From Bacteroidales bacterium (lineage in GTDB: Bacteria; Bacteroidota; Bacteroidia; Bacteroidales; CAIWKO01), in the NCBI GenBank assembly GCA_035389045.1, contig DAOORA010000016.1:1-64000 (forward strand): 64,000 bases of DNA. The letters run 5' to 3'. Below are positions 1 to 9,293 of this stretch, piece by piece (position 1 is the first letter of the stretch; every line of letters starts with the position of its first letter). The translations under genes were made by a program, and so were the position numbers. The notes beneath the pieces are model-generated. The model had not been told where the DNA came from, did not search any database, and worked only from the letters and a program-made list of their open reading frames with translations.

Positions 1-52
1 TGCTGAATAAGGGTTTCAGAGGGGTATGGGCGGTTCAAGTGTCAAACCCAGG
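1..52. mobile_element. Probable IS terminus (IS1634-like end) cut by the window edge
   Basis: Ends ...GTGTCAAACCCAGG exactly where the 607-bp duplicate begins (53). Resembles IS1634-type TGTCAAACYCAGG ends. Family assignment is from memory only. Confidence 0.3.
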
Positions 53-659
53 AGTCTCAAGCATATTATTTGACATTCTTTGTAAAGTAGTTGCAAACTA
101 CAATTTATCAAGTGCGAAGTTGCAAACTTCGCACAACTACTTTGAAACAGCCGATGTATTAATCTATTCCAAGTTCTTCAGATAAAGTTTTCAAATCCAG
201 CCCGTCAAAACTCCCCGAGCTCATCATCAACAGGTTTTTGCCTTTCCAGTCAAGGCTTTCGAGGTACTCAACAAGTTTGTCCTTATTTGTAAAGACCACA
301 ATATCGTCGCGGTCAAATGATTCTTTTACTTTATTTTCGTGCAATGGCGGCATCTTTTTAATCTCAAGTGCATGTGTACTGTAAAAAACAATGGCTTCAT
401 CGGCTTTTTGCATACAGCCCTTATATTGTTCAAGAAAATCGCAGTTCAGGCTGCTGTAGGTATGCAATTCCATACATGCAACAAGGCATCTTTCGGGGTA
501 TTGTTCTTTAGCAGCTTCGATAGTAGCTTTCAGCTTTGAGGGCGAATGGGCGAAATCTTTGTACAAAGCTGAATGATCATTTTTTGCCACCAGTTCTAAT
601 CGTTTCGCTGCCCCTTTAAATGTTGCAATAGCTTTCAGGAAATCTTCAGCAGATATCCC
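53..659. repeat. Direct repeat copy 1 (607 bp) of 5391-5997: mpl 3' end plus downstream REP-like region
   Basis: Aligned by eye at offset 5338. 53-199 and 444-659 are identical, with about 18 substitutions in 200-443 and no indels. Confidence 0.95.
159..659 (-). pseudogene. 5'-truncated duplicate of the Mur-ligase (mpl-like) C-terminus
   Basis: ORF 159..590 matches the C-terminal 143 aa of 5497..6855 with 8 aa differences. No N-terminal domain. Confidence 0.9.
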
Positions 660-981
660 TGTTGGAATAGATTTTCTTATAGGAAAAAAGAATCAGTTTT
701 TCTTTGGTTCTGGGATTTATGGACAATCACTTCTTTTTGAAACACCTGAATTTTATGATAATCATTTGCATTTTCAATTTGGTGCGTTTGCTGATATAGG
801 ATTTCGGTTTAGACTTAACGATACGTATTCTTTATTTTTTAAACTGCAATATGACAGAGATCTGACACCAATATACAAACTATTACATCGCTCTCCAGGT
901 GGAATTTTTTATTACGAACATGAATTTTTAAGCGATATGAGTATAAACATAGGTTTTAAATTTAAACTTAATAGTAAATAA
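660..981 (+). pseudogene. 5'-truncated outer-membrane beta-barrel (porin-like) gene fragment
   Basis: Frame is open from the junction at 660 (VGIDFLIGKKNQFFFGSG...) to the C-terminal strand INIGFKFKL. No start codon or signal peptide. Confidence 0.5.
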
Positions 982-1431
982 TAACCAGCTATGATCGGGT
1001 AGTTTGTCCCACCGATGATTAACCGTCGGGGAGCACCTCTCACAGTTCCGCTGAGTTTGTAGGAGCGCCGCTGTGTTCATGGTTCTCGTTCTGCCAAGGC
1101 GGACAGCGGGTTCCGCTAATTGGCGGATGGTGCAATTTCCGATATACTTCAAGCATAAATTCATTTTGAGAACCTGGTACTTCTTCCATAATAAACACAG
1201 CTGTTTCTTTAATTTTATAAAATAAATTTGTATTTTTGAAATTGCTTTAGAGTATCGGAACATCATTATCAACAGTCCGAGTCAAAAGAGACAGCATATC
1301 ATAACAATACCTAAAAAGAAAACCTGCCCGTATTTTTGAAGAAAATGGTTAAAGAAATTCCTGTATTAGAAGAAAAACAGCCACTTATTGGGGATGTAAA
1401 TTAAACTGCGAAAATGGGATAGGATGCGAAA

Positions 1432-3708
1432 GTGTTACAAAACATATGCTTTTGTATGAAAATGAAAATCCTTTTTCTGACACTGATTTTTATCAGCCTG
1501 AGCTGTCATATTGCAGCACAAAGTATTGAATATAGGAATGTAGTTATAAGTGGTCCTGTTTTTACTTTTAAAGCTGTAGGCAACACGCTTTATCTGGGTG
1601 CAGGGAGCGCCCTTGAAATATTTGACATAAGCAATATTGATAATATACAGTATGTAGGCAAACAACACTCAACTGATGTTGTTACTTCTGTTGCACAAAA
1701 AGGGAATACCGTTTATGCAGGGAATAATGGCATAGGCACTGCAGTTTTTGATGTCAGCCATCCTGCTGTACCGGTTTTTCACGGACTGCTTTATGATTCT
1801 CTGATCCCCGGTCACCAGCCGCCTGCCATTGATGGAAACACAGGCTTTTTCTCTTACGGTTCTTACGGCATCAAAGTGCTTGATTTAAGTAACACGCTGC
1901 AGCCTGTTGAGATTTGCGGTTGGCAAACACCCGATTTTATGCTTAGTATAGGTAAAAAAGGGGACACCATTTATGCTGCCGACCGTAACAACGGGATTTT
2001 CCTGCTGAATTACGAAAACAATCAACTGACGGTTTTTGATACAGTGAAACATCCTTCTATAACTTCCTGGCATCAGTTTCATATAGATACCCTGAACAAT
2101 TACTTTTGGCTGTACGGTTATGGAAGTGCAGTACCTTACAATGATTCGCTGGGGATAATCGTTTACGACCTGAATCCGCTTGCTTTTATGAATATTGTAA
2201 GCACATACAAAATTCTCTCAAGACCTGCCGCATCATTAACAGTAAAAAATGATACCGCTTACCTGGCTTGCTGGGAAGATGGTGTCAGGGTTGTTGATTT
2301 TTCGAATATGCTTAACCCACAGCAAGTTGCCATTATACCTTCTCCAAAATATTCACTTTGGGTTGATTTAATTAACGATTCAATTCTTGGCATTGCACAG
2401 TATGACTACGGGCTGGAAATGATAAATATCAACACACACAACCTTGACACATATCATGTTATTGACACTTATGGCGATGTTTCCGGTATAGCAGTAAGTG
2501 GAAATTATGTGTACACTATTGTGGATGGTGAAGGATTGGCTGTATGCAGTATCGAGCCTTCGGATACACTGAAGGAGATAACAATGCTCCCGCAATTTCC
2601 GAACCTGAAAGATGTCGCCGTAAAAAATAACTACCTTTTTGCTGCTTCTGATGCCAGTGGTGTATTAGTATTTGATATTACCAATAAAGAGCTACCTATA
2701 CTGATTGATTCTCTGAAAAAACCTAATAATAATGGAGCATTATCTTTACAAATTTCCGGTAATTATCTTTTTGCAGGAGAGTCGTATTATTTCTTTTTGA
2801 GCAGACCTGTTCTTCTCTCTTTGTGGGATATAAGCAACATCAGTGATCCTGTGTTTATAAGTGAAACAAATATTACAACACAGAACTTTCCCTACGACAG
2901 GCCATTGATATTCATGAGTGTCCGGGACAGCCTTCTGGTGATGAGTTGTTGGAACGACGCACTTGAAGGGAGTATGCATATTCTTGATGTCAGTAATAAA
3001 TCGCAACCCTCGATACTGGCTCAATTGCCTTCGCGGGCAGGACAACTTGAGATAACAACGCTGGATCAGCAGCCGGTTATTTTATGTGCATGGGGCACTT
3101 CGTCATTAGCACAGTTTAACGGACTTAAGATTTTCTCACTGGATGACCCCTCAGCCCCTGTTTTATCAGGTGAATACCAAACCGGCATTAATGGCAACCG
3201 TACCATAGGTCTGTCGGTTTCTGATAGTTATGTTTATCTGGCCGAAGGCTGTTTATCGGCTTTTGGACATATTACTGTCCTGGATTGCAGTAATCCGGCA
3301 CAACCCCTGTTTCATTCCCGCGTAAAAATCGGCAGCAATACCAATCACAGCCACCTGAAAATCACAGGTCATTACCTGCTGCATAGTTCCGGATCACCGG
3401 GGCTGATGCTTTTTAAGGTAAGCGGCAGCACACATATTGCTGAATCTGATAAAAAAACTTCTGCTGACATTTTGATTTATCCCAACCCCGCTTCCGGGAA
3501 GGTTTTTATCGAACTTGACCAGCCGTCATGCGCTGTCATTGATGTTTTCGACATCAGCGGCAGGCAAATACATGTTAATACCATGATAACTAACCATCAT
3601 GTCCAACTCGACCTTTCGCTCCTTGAAAGCGGGGTTTATTTAATTCGTATAATGACAGCTAATCAGGAATATATAGAGCGGATATTTTTTTTGAATAATA
3701 CCGAGTAA
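1432..3708 (+). CDS. LVIVD-repeat beta-propeller protein with T9SS C-terminal sorting domain (start probably 1456/1462)
   Basis: Signal peptide, repeated 'L.I.D.S.P..P' units, C-terminal IYPNP...G.Y.IRI motif. Confidence 0.85.
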   Translation: MLQNICFCMKMKILFLTLIFISLSCHIAAQSIEYRNVVISGPVFTFKAVGNTLYLGAGSALEIFDISNIDNIQYVGKQHSTDVVTSVAQKGNTVYAGNNGIGTAVFDVSHPAVPVFHGLLYDSLIPGHQPPAIDGNTGFFSYGSYGIKVLDLSNTLQPVEICGWQTPDFMLSIGKKGDTIYAADRNNGIFLLNYENNQLTVFDTVKHPSITSWHQFHIDTLNNYFWLYGYGSAVPYNDSLGIIVYDLNPLAFMNIVSTYKILSRPAASLTVKNDTAYLACWEDGVRVVDFSNMLNPQQVAIIPSPKYSLWVDLINDSILGIAQYDYGLEMININTHNLDTYHVIDTYGDVSGIAVSGNYVYTIVDGEGLAVCSIEPSDTLKEITMLPQFPNLKDVAVKNNYLFAASDASGVLVFDITNKELPILIDSLKKPNNNGALSLQISGNYLFAGESYYFFLSRPVLLSLWDISNISDPVFISETNITTQNFPYDRPLIFMSVRDSLLVMSCWNDALEGSMHILDVSNKSQPSILAQLPSRAGQLEITTLDQQPVILCAWGTSSLAQFNGLKIFSLDDPSAPVLSGEYQTGINGNRTIGLSVSDSYVYLAEGCLSAFGHITVLDCSNPAQPLFHSRVKIGSNTNHSHLKITGHYLLHSSGSPGLMLFKVSGSTHIAESDKKTSADILIYPNPASGKVFIELDQPSCAVIDVFDISGRQIHVNTMITNHHVQLDLSLLESGVYLIRIMTANQEYIERIFFLNNTE

Positions 3709-3842
3709 AAAAAGTAATTGAATTAGGCGCTTAGATAATAACCGAAAAAGGAGTCATATTGTGGAAAGTATACTAATGTTAAGTTAATTATAATATGACG
3801 TAATAAAAGAAATTTTCGTATCTTTGCAGAAAACCACTACAT

Positions 3843-4301
3843 ATGATACGATACACAATCAAATTGACAAAAGCCGAGGTTGAAGAATTACAAAAAATAA
3901 TAGACAAGGGTTCTCATACCTCGCAAACATTCCGGGCTGCGTATATTTTGCTTAATTGTGATAAAGGGAAATACGCAGATCCTGTTACAAATGAGCAAAT
4001 AGCTAAAGTGCTCAAAGTAGGAATGAGGACGATAGATCGGGTTAAGAAAAAGTTCTTTGAAGAAGGTATGGAAGCTGCTTTAGAGCGAAAGCTGACAAGC
4101 AGAGTATATGAGAAGAAGGTTGATGGAGATGTGGAGGCAAAATTAGTAACGCTATGTTGCAGTGATCCTCCTAAAGGCCGTGCCAGGTGGACCTTACGAC
4201 TGCTGGCCGACAAAATGGTGGAGTTAAAATATATAGAGAGCATTTCCCATGTGACAGTTAGATCGGTTTTAAAAAAAACGAACTTAAGCCTTGGAAAGTG
4301 A
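3843..4301 (+). CDS. IS630 transposase ORF A (HTH)
   Basis: HTH with RWTLRLLA motif. A-run near 4271 allows a -1 shift into ...KKNELKPW. Confidence 0.9.
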   Translation: MIRYTIKLTKAEVEELQKIIDKGSHTSQTFRAAYILLNCDKGKYADPVTNEQIAKVLKVGMRTIDRVKKKFFEEGMEAALERKLTSRVYEKKVDGDVEAKLVTLCCSDPPKGRARWTLRLLADKMVELKYIESISHVTVRSVLKKTNLSLGK

Positions 4302-4973
4302 AGGGCTGGGTAATTCCACCTGATGCGAATAGCGCATTTGTTGCAAATATGGAGCGGGTATTGGATGTTTATAAACGTCCGTATAATCCGGAAAATCCTG
4401 TAATCTGCATGGATGAATCGCCCAAACAACTAATATCCGAGGGGAAACCGAGCCAGAAGATGATACCTGGTCAAGAAGCTCGTGTCGATTATGAATATAT
4501 TCGTCATGGTGTTGTTAATATCTTTATGGCCAATGAACCCTTACGAGGAAAACGGTATACTCAGGTGACAGAATTCAAAACCATGAAAGATTGGGCTTTA
4601 TTTATAAAAATGATAGCAAGTAGGTATATTAAAGCAAAAAAAATAACTTTAGTCATGGATAATTTTAAAACTCATGTACCTGCGGCATTTTATGAAACCT
4701 TTGAGCCAAAAGAGGCAAAGCGATTGTGGGACAGATTTGAGTTCATATATACTCCAAAGCACGGAAGTTGGTTAAATATGGCAGAAATAGAACTTCATGT
4801 ATTGAACAGCCAGTGTCTAAACAGGCATATTGACAAAATAGAAACAGTTGATCAAGAAGTCAATGCCTGGCAATCAGAAAGAAACAATAAAAAAGTGTAA
4901 AATAAATTGGCAATTTACAACTAAAAATGCAAGAATAAAATTAAAACGTCTTTATCCGTCAATTCATAATTAA
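4298..4973 (+). pseudogene. IS630 transposase ORF B (DDE), frameshifted near the C-terminus
   Basis: Motifs CMDE, VMDN, TPKHGSWLNMAEIE. Stop at 4900, while the conserved tail KINWQFTTKNARIKLKRLYPSI continues in another frame to 4973. Confidence 0.8.
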
Positions 4974-5055
4974 CACAACACTAAAATATGTGGGGCAAAA
5001 GTTTAAGGGCTTTACGATATTAGAGTTTCAGCAAAAATTCCCAAACGTGTTCGTT

Positions 5056-5169
5056 AGCTCCGGAGGAGCTTAACGTTGGTAAAATTAACACATAGCACTA
5101 ACATCCCGCTCCTTAGGAGCGGAACTTTAAATGAATTATTTTTTTACCAACATTACATTCCTACGGAAT
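5056..5169. repeat. REP-like cluster inside the IS1595 remnant
   Basis: Short hairpins GCTCCGGAGGAGC, CGCTCCTTAGGAGCG and CATTCCTACGGAATG, plus paired GTTGGTAAAA/TTTTACCAAC. Confidence 0.6.
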
Positions 5170-5294
5170 GAAAAAATATTGTAAAAGCTCTAAAAACAAA
5201 GCTATTCAGCATATCACCACAAGCCTATAAAAATCTTATTGCTTAAGTGCCTAATTCAAAAAAGTAATTGCAGTACATGAACTCATCCCCCGTT

Positions 5295-5472
5295 GTGCGA
5301 AGTTTGCAACTTCGCACCAAATAAAAGTTAGTCTCTGACTAACAAAATATTATTTTTGAACTATGAGATTCAAATATAAAATTTACGATCAGTCTCAAGC
5401 ATATTATTTGACATTCTTTGTAAAGTAGTTGCAAACTACAATTTATCAAGTGCGAAGTTGCAAACTTCGCAC
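5295..5472. repeat. REP/BIME-like palindrome cluster downstream of mpl (partly duplicated at 84-134)
   Basis: Inverted pair GTGCGAAGTTTGCAACTTCGCAC / GTGCGAAGTTGCAAACTTCGCAC, plus GTTAGTCTCTGACTAAC and GTAGTTGCAAACTAC. Confidence 0.7.
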
Positions 5473-5997
5473 AACTACTTTGAAACAGCCGATGTATTAA
5501 TCTATTCCAAGTTCTTCAGATAAAGTTTTCAAATCCATCCCGTCAAAACTCCCTGAACTCATCATCAACAGGTTTTTACCTTTCCAGTCGAAACTTTCGA
5601 GGTATTCAACAAGTTTTTCTTTATTAGTAAAGACTAAAATATCGTCGCGGTCAAATGATTCTTTAACTTTTTTTTCGTGCAATGGCGGCATCTTTTTAAT
5701 CTCAAGTGCATGTGAACTGTAAAAAACAATGGCTTTATCGGCTTTTTGCATACAGCCCTTATATTGTTCAAGAAAATCGCTGTTCAGGCTGCTGTAGGTA
5801 TGCAATTCCATACATGCAACAAGGCATCTTTCGGGGTATTGTTCTTTAGCAGCTTCGATAGTAGCTTTCAGCTTTGAGGGCGAATGGGCGAAATCTTTGT
5901 ACAAAGCTGAATGATCATTTTTTGCCACCAGTTCTAATCGTTTCGCTGCCCCTTTAAATGTTGCAATAGCTTTCAGGAAATCTTCAGCAGATATCCC
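5391..5997. repeat. Direct repeat copy 2 of 53-659
   Basis: Same alignment as copy 1. Confidence 0.95.
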
Positions 5998-6855
5998 AAG
6001 GTTTTGACAAACCAACCGGGCGCCGTTAAGGTTCATCAGGTTGTGCCTGCCAAAAATGCGGATATCCGTATTTATATTCTCAATAATTACATTAGTGGTT
6101 CCGTTATTTATGCAATGTTGCGGAATTCCGTAAGGGAACAGGCTGATATCGTTCCGTGCTTCAGGACAAATGCGGCGGAGTTCCTCATCCTGCTCACAGT
6201 ACACCAGGCTTCCTCCGGGCTCTATGAGTTCTATAAACCTCCGGAACTGTTCAACATAAATCTCAAAAGTCGGGAATACATTGATATGGTCCCATGCCAC
6301 CCCGCTCAACAGGGCAATATCAGGTTTATAAAGATGAAACTTCGGACGTTTGTCGAGTGTGGAAGTCAGGTATTCATCACCTTCAAGGATAATGACCGGA
6401 GCATCAGAAATGCGGAACATAGTGTCAAAGCCCTCGAGCTGAGCTCCGACCATATAGTCAAAATCTTTTCCCAGGGTTTTCAGTACATGCATGATCATGG
6501 CGGTAATGGTAGTTTTGCCGTGGCTTCCGCCGATCACCACACGGATTTTATCTTTCGATTGCTCGTAAATATATTCTGGAAAAGAATATATTTTTAACCC
6601 CAGTTGTTTGGCTTTAACAAGTTCGGGATTGTCTTCACGCGCATGCATGCCAAGGATAACGGCATCGAGCTCATTATGGATCTTCTCAGGAAACCAGCCC
6701 TGTGCATCCGGCAAAATTCCTTTAGCCGCCAGCCGGCTTTTGGCAGGTTCAAAGATCTCATCGTCAGACCCGGTAACGTTATGCCCGTTCTGAACCATGG
6801 CCAGCGCCATATTATGCATGACACTACCGCCTATTGCAATAAAATGTATATTCAT
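5497..6855 (-). CDS. mpl: Mur-ligase family, UDP-MurNAc peptide ligase (Mpl/MurC-like)
   Basis: Motifs HFIAIGGS, GSHGKTT, EGDEY, WDH, DFAHSP. ATG at 6855. Confidence 0.8.
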   Translation of the reverse strand: MNIHFIAIGGSVMHNMALAMVQNGHNVTGSDDEIFEPAKSRLAAKGILPDAQGWFPEKIHNELDAVILGMHAREDNPELVKAKQLGLKIYSFPEYIYEQSKDKIRVVIGGSHGKTTITAMIMHVLKTLGKDFDYMVGAQLEGFDTMFRISDAPVIILEGDEYLTSTLDKRPKFHLYKPDIALLSGVAWDHINVFPTFEIYVEQFRRFIELIEPGGSLVYCEQDEELRRICPEARNDISLFPYGIPQHCINNGTTNVIIENINTDIRIFGRHNLMNLNGARLVCQNLGISAEDFLKAIATFKGAAKRLELVAKNDHSALYKDFAHSPSKLKATIEAAKEQYPERCLVACMELHTYSSLNSDFLEQYKGCMQKADKAIVFYSSHALEIKKMPPLHEKKVKESFDRDDILVFTNKEKLVEYLESFDWKGKNLLMMSSGSFDGMDLKTLSEELGID

Positions 6856-6930
6856 GAAAGCAAAATTACCGAAAAAAGTTTTTTCCATGATTTGCCGGTG
6901 TGCAAGTTTTCAACAGCCGGCAGGTAAAAG

Positions 6931-7635
6931 TTAAAGCAACCGCTTGCCCTTAAGAATCTGGATGATGGAGTCTGTGATCTCTTCTTCAGTCATGTATTTG
7001 CAATTATAAAAGATATCGAAATCATCTTCGTAATTTTCACTTTTTGTCTTGCTTTTTAAAAGAGCATTCCGTTTAAAGTCAATCTGGTTGGATAGTTTTT
7101 TTGCTTCCTCCATCGTTTTGCACAAGCCGGAGTTAAACAGGCGCTGAATTCTCCATTCCAAAGGTGCAAACAGGCGCACATGAATTCCCAGCGGAAGGTG
7201 GCGTGTCACAGCCATGCCCCCCCGGCCAATAATAACCACGTTACCATGCAGTGCAAAATCCAGAATGATTTTATCTAAGGTTTTCAAAATTTTCCGGTCG
7301 GAATAATAATACTTTTCTGAAAAAGCATTTAAAATCTCATCAATAACACCTCTTTTTTCATCGTTGAAAATTTTTCGTATCCTTTCCGGGTTCACATTAA
7401 GCTCTTCCGACGCTGTAAGAAGTATTTCCTTGCTTAATGCAGTCCACCTTTGTGCTTGTTTGTCCTTTTCATTTTCCCGGTTAAGCCGGTCTATCACTCT
7501 TCCGGCTATGTCTTTGGCAGGGCAGCCGTATTCCCTGGATATGGTGATAAAAGGCAGTTTCCTGTGCTCAGCTTTTTTACCTTCCAGTTCCCTGTTGAAC
7601 CGTTCAACCATATATTTATACAAAATATTATCCAT
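6931..7635 (-). CDS. Cytidylate kinase-like family protein
   Basis: Motifs ITISREYGC and VIIGRGG. Confidence 0.8.
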   Translation of the reverse strand: MDNILYKYMVERFNRELEGKKAEHRKLPFITISREYGCPAKDIAGRVIDRLNRENEKDKQAQRWTALSKEILLTASEELNVNPERIRKIFNDEKRGVIDEILNAFSEKYYYSDRKILKTLDKIILDFALHGNVVIIGRGGMAVTRHLPLGIHVRLFAPLEWRIQRLFNSGLCKTMEEAKKLSNQIDFKRNALLKSKTKSENYEDDFDIFYNCKYMTEEEITDSIIQILKGKRLL

Positions 7636-7888
7636 AACAGCCCTCCTTATTAAAGTTTGTCAATACATGCAATAAAAATACAAACATTTTATTCAAAATC
7701 CTATATTTTAACCATTTTTTTTCAGTTAATCAAGCTGATACGTTGGTTCAGCTTATATATCAGTGAAATATGATTTCTTTTAAATAAATAAATCATGGAC
7801 AAGGTAAGTTTTTGAAAAAAAATTTTTTAATGAGTGAAACTATTTCTACTTTTGACCACATTAAATTAAATGAAATAATAGATACTAT

Positions 7889-9271
7889 ATGGAACTTCCT
7901 TTCACCGAATCCTACAAAATAAAGATGGTCGAATCCATTCGCCGGAGCAGCAAAAAAGAACGGCTGAAATGGATAAAAGATGCTCACTACAATGTCTTCA
8001 ACCTTCGCAGTGAACAGGTTTTTATTGATCTGCTCACTGATTCGGGTACCGGTGCCATGAGTGATAAACAATGGTCGGCCCTTATGCTGGGCGACGAAAG
8101 TTACGCCGGTGCATCATCGTATTACAAACTCAAAGAAGCCATAAAAAACATCATGGGCTTTGAGTATTTTTTGCCTGTCCACCAGGGACGCGCCGCCGAG
8201 AATGTGCTTTTTTCAGTATTGGTCAAGGAAGGCGACCTGATACCTGGCAACTCCCATTTTGACACCACCAAAGGACATATAGAATTCCGTAAGGCAACAG
8301 CTGTGGACTGCACTATTGACGAAGCTTTTGACACCACGTTGATCCATCCTTTTAAGGGAAATGTCGATCTGAATAAGCTGGAAGATGTTCTGAAAAACAA
8401 CCCCAAAGAAAAGATTCCGTTCATTATTGTCACCATAACCTGTAACAGCTCAGGCGGACAGCCTGTTTCAATGGCCAATTTAAGGGATGTGCATGCCTTG
8501 GCTCAAAAATACGACATCCCTGTGGTTTTCGACTCGGCACGTTTTGCCGAAAATGCTTATTTCATTAAAATCCGTGAAAAAGGTTACGAAAATAAATCCG
8601 TCAAGAATATCGTAAAAGAAATGTACACCTATGCCGAAGCCGCTACGATGAGCAGCAAAAAAGATGCGATCGTGAACATGGGCGGGTTTATCGGCATGAA
8701 GAGTAAGGAATTGTTTCAAAAAGCCAGTTTTTTCAACATCATGTATGAAGGCTTTGTAACCTATGGTGGTATGTCCGGACGCGACATGAACGCCCTGGCA
8801 CAGGGACTGGACGAAGGGACCGAGTTTGACTACCTCGATACCCGTATCAAACAGATAGCTTACCTGGGACAGAAATTAAAGGATTACTGCGTACCCTTGC
8901 AGGAACCTTTTGGTGGCCACGCCATTTTTGTGGACGCAAAAAAATTCCTTTCGCATGTTCCCAAAGAAGAGTTCCAGGCACAAACGCTGGCCATTGAACT
9001 ATATATTGAGGGCGGTGTGCGTGGCGTGGAAATCGGCGCCATCATGACCGACCCCGACCCCATAACCCGCGAACCGCGTTTCCCAAAACTGGAACTATTG
9101 AGGCTGGCCGTACCCCGAAGGGTATATACCAACAACCATATGGATTATGTAGCGGCTGCCCTGGGTAACGTTTACGAAAGACGCATGGAAATCAGCCACG
9201 GCTACCGTATCACCTACGAATTACCAATTATGCGTCACTTTACCATAGGACTGGAAAAAATTGAAGGGTAA
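7889..9271 (+). CDS. tnaA: Tryptophanase (PLP beta-eliminating lyase)
   Basis: Motifs DLLTDSGT, HQGRAAE, MSSKKD (PLP lysine). C-terminal RHFT favours tryptophanase over tyrosine phenol-lyase (RFFT). Confidence 0.8.
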   Translation: MELPFTESYKIKMVESIRRSSKKERLKWIKDAHYNVFNLRSEQVFIDLLTDSGTGAMSDKQWSALMLGDESYAGASSYYKLKEAIKNIMGFEYFLPVHQGRAAENVLFSVLVKEGDLIPGNSHFDTTKGHIEFRKATAVDCTIDEAFDTTLIHPFKGNVDLNKLEDVLKNNPKEKIPFIIVTITCNSSGGQPVSMANLRDVHALAQKYDIPVVFDSARFAENAYFIKIREKGYENKSVKNIVKEMYTYAEAATMSSKKDAIVNMGGFIGMKSKELFQKASFFNIMYEGFVTYGGMSGRDMNALAQGLDEGTEFDYLDTRIKQIAYLGQKLKDYCVPLQEPFGGHAIFVDAKKFLSHVPKEEFQAQTLAIELYIEGGVRGVEIGAIMTDPDPITREPRFPKLELLRLAVPRRVYTNNHMDYVAAALGNVYERRMEISHGYRITYELPIMRHFTIGLEKIEG

Positions 9272-9293
9272 ACCCGAACCGATTTTAAGCAAT

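Larger units (their letters stand above)
3774..4983 (+). mobile_element. IS630-family insertion sequence
   Basis: TA at both ends. Inverted ends TAATGTTAAGTTAATTAT and (rc) TAGTGTTGTGTTAATTAT. Two overlapping transposase ORFs. Confidence 0.9.
3720..5257 (+). mobile_element. Internally deleted IS1595-family remnant
   Basis: Inverted ends GAATTAGGCGCTTAGATAATAA and (rc) GAATTAGGCACTTAAGCAATAA. Flanked by 12-bp direct repeat AAAAAAGTAATT (3708-3719, 5258-5269). Removing the IS630 restores VESILKYVGQKFKGFTILEFQQKFPN, an IS1595-like transposase N-terminus. Confidence 0.7.

Noticed and set aside
200..443. DGR template/variable repeat pair (mpl duplicate)
   Set aside because: Mismatches are not adenine-specific on one strand, and there is no reverse transcriptase in the window.
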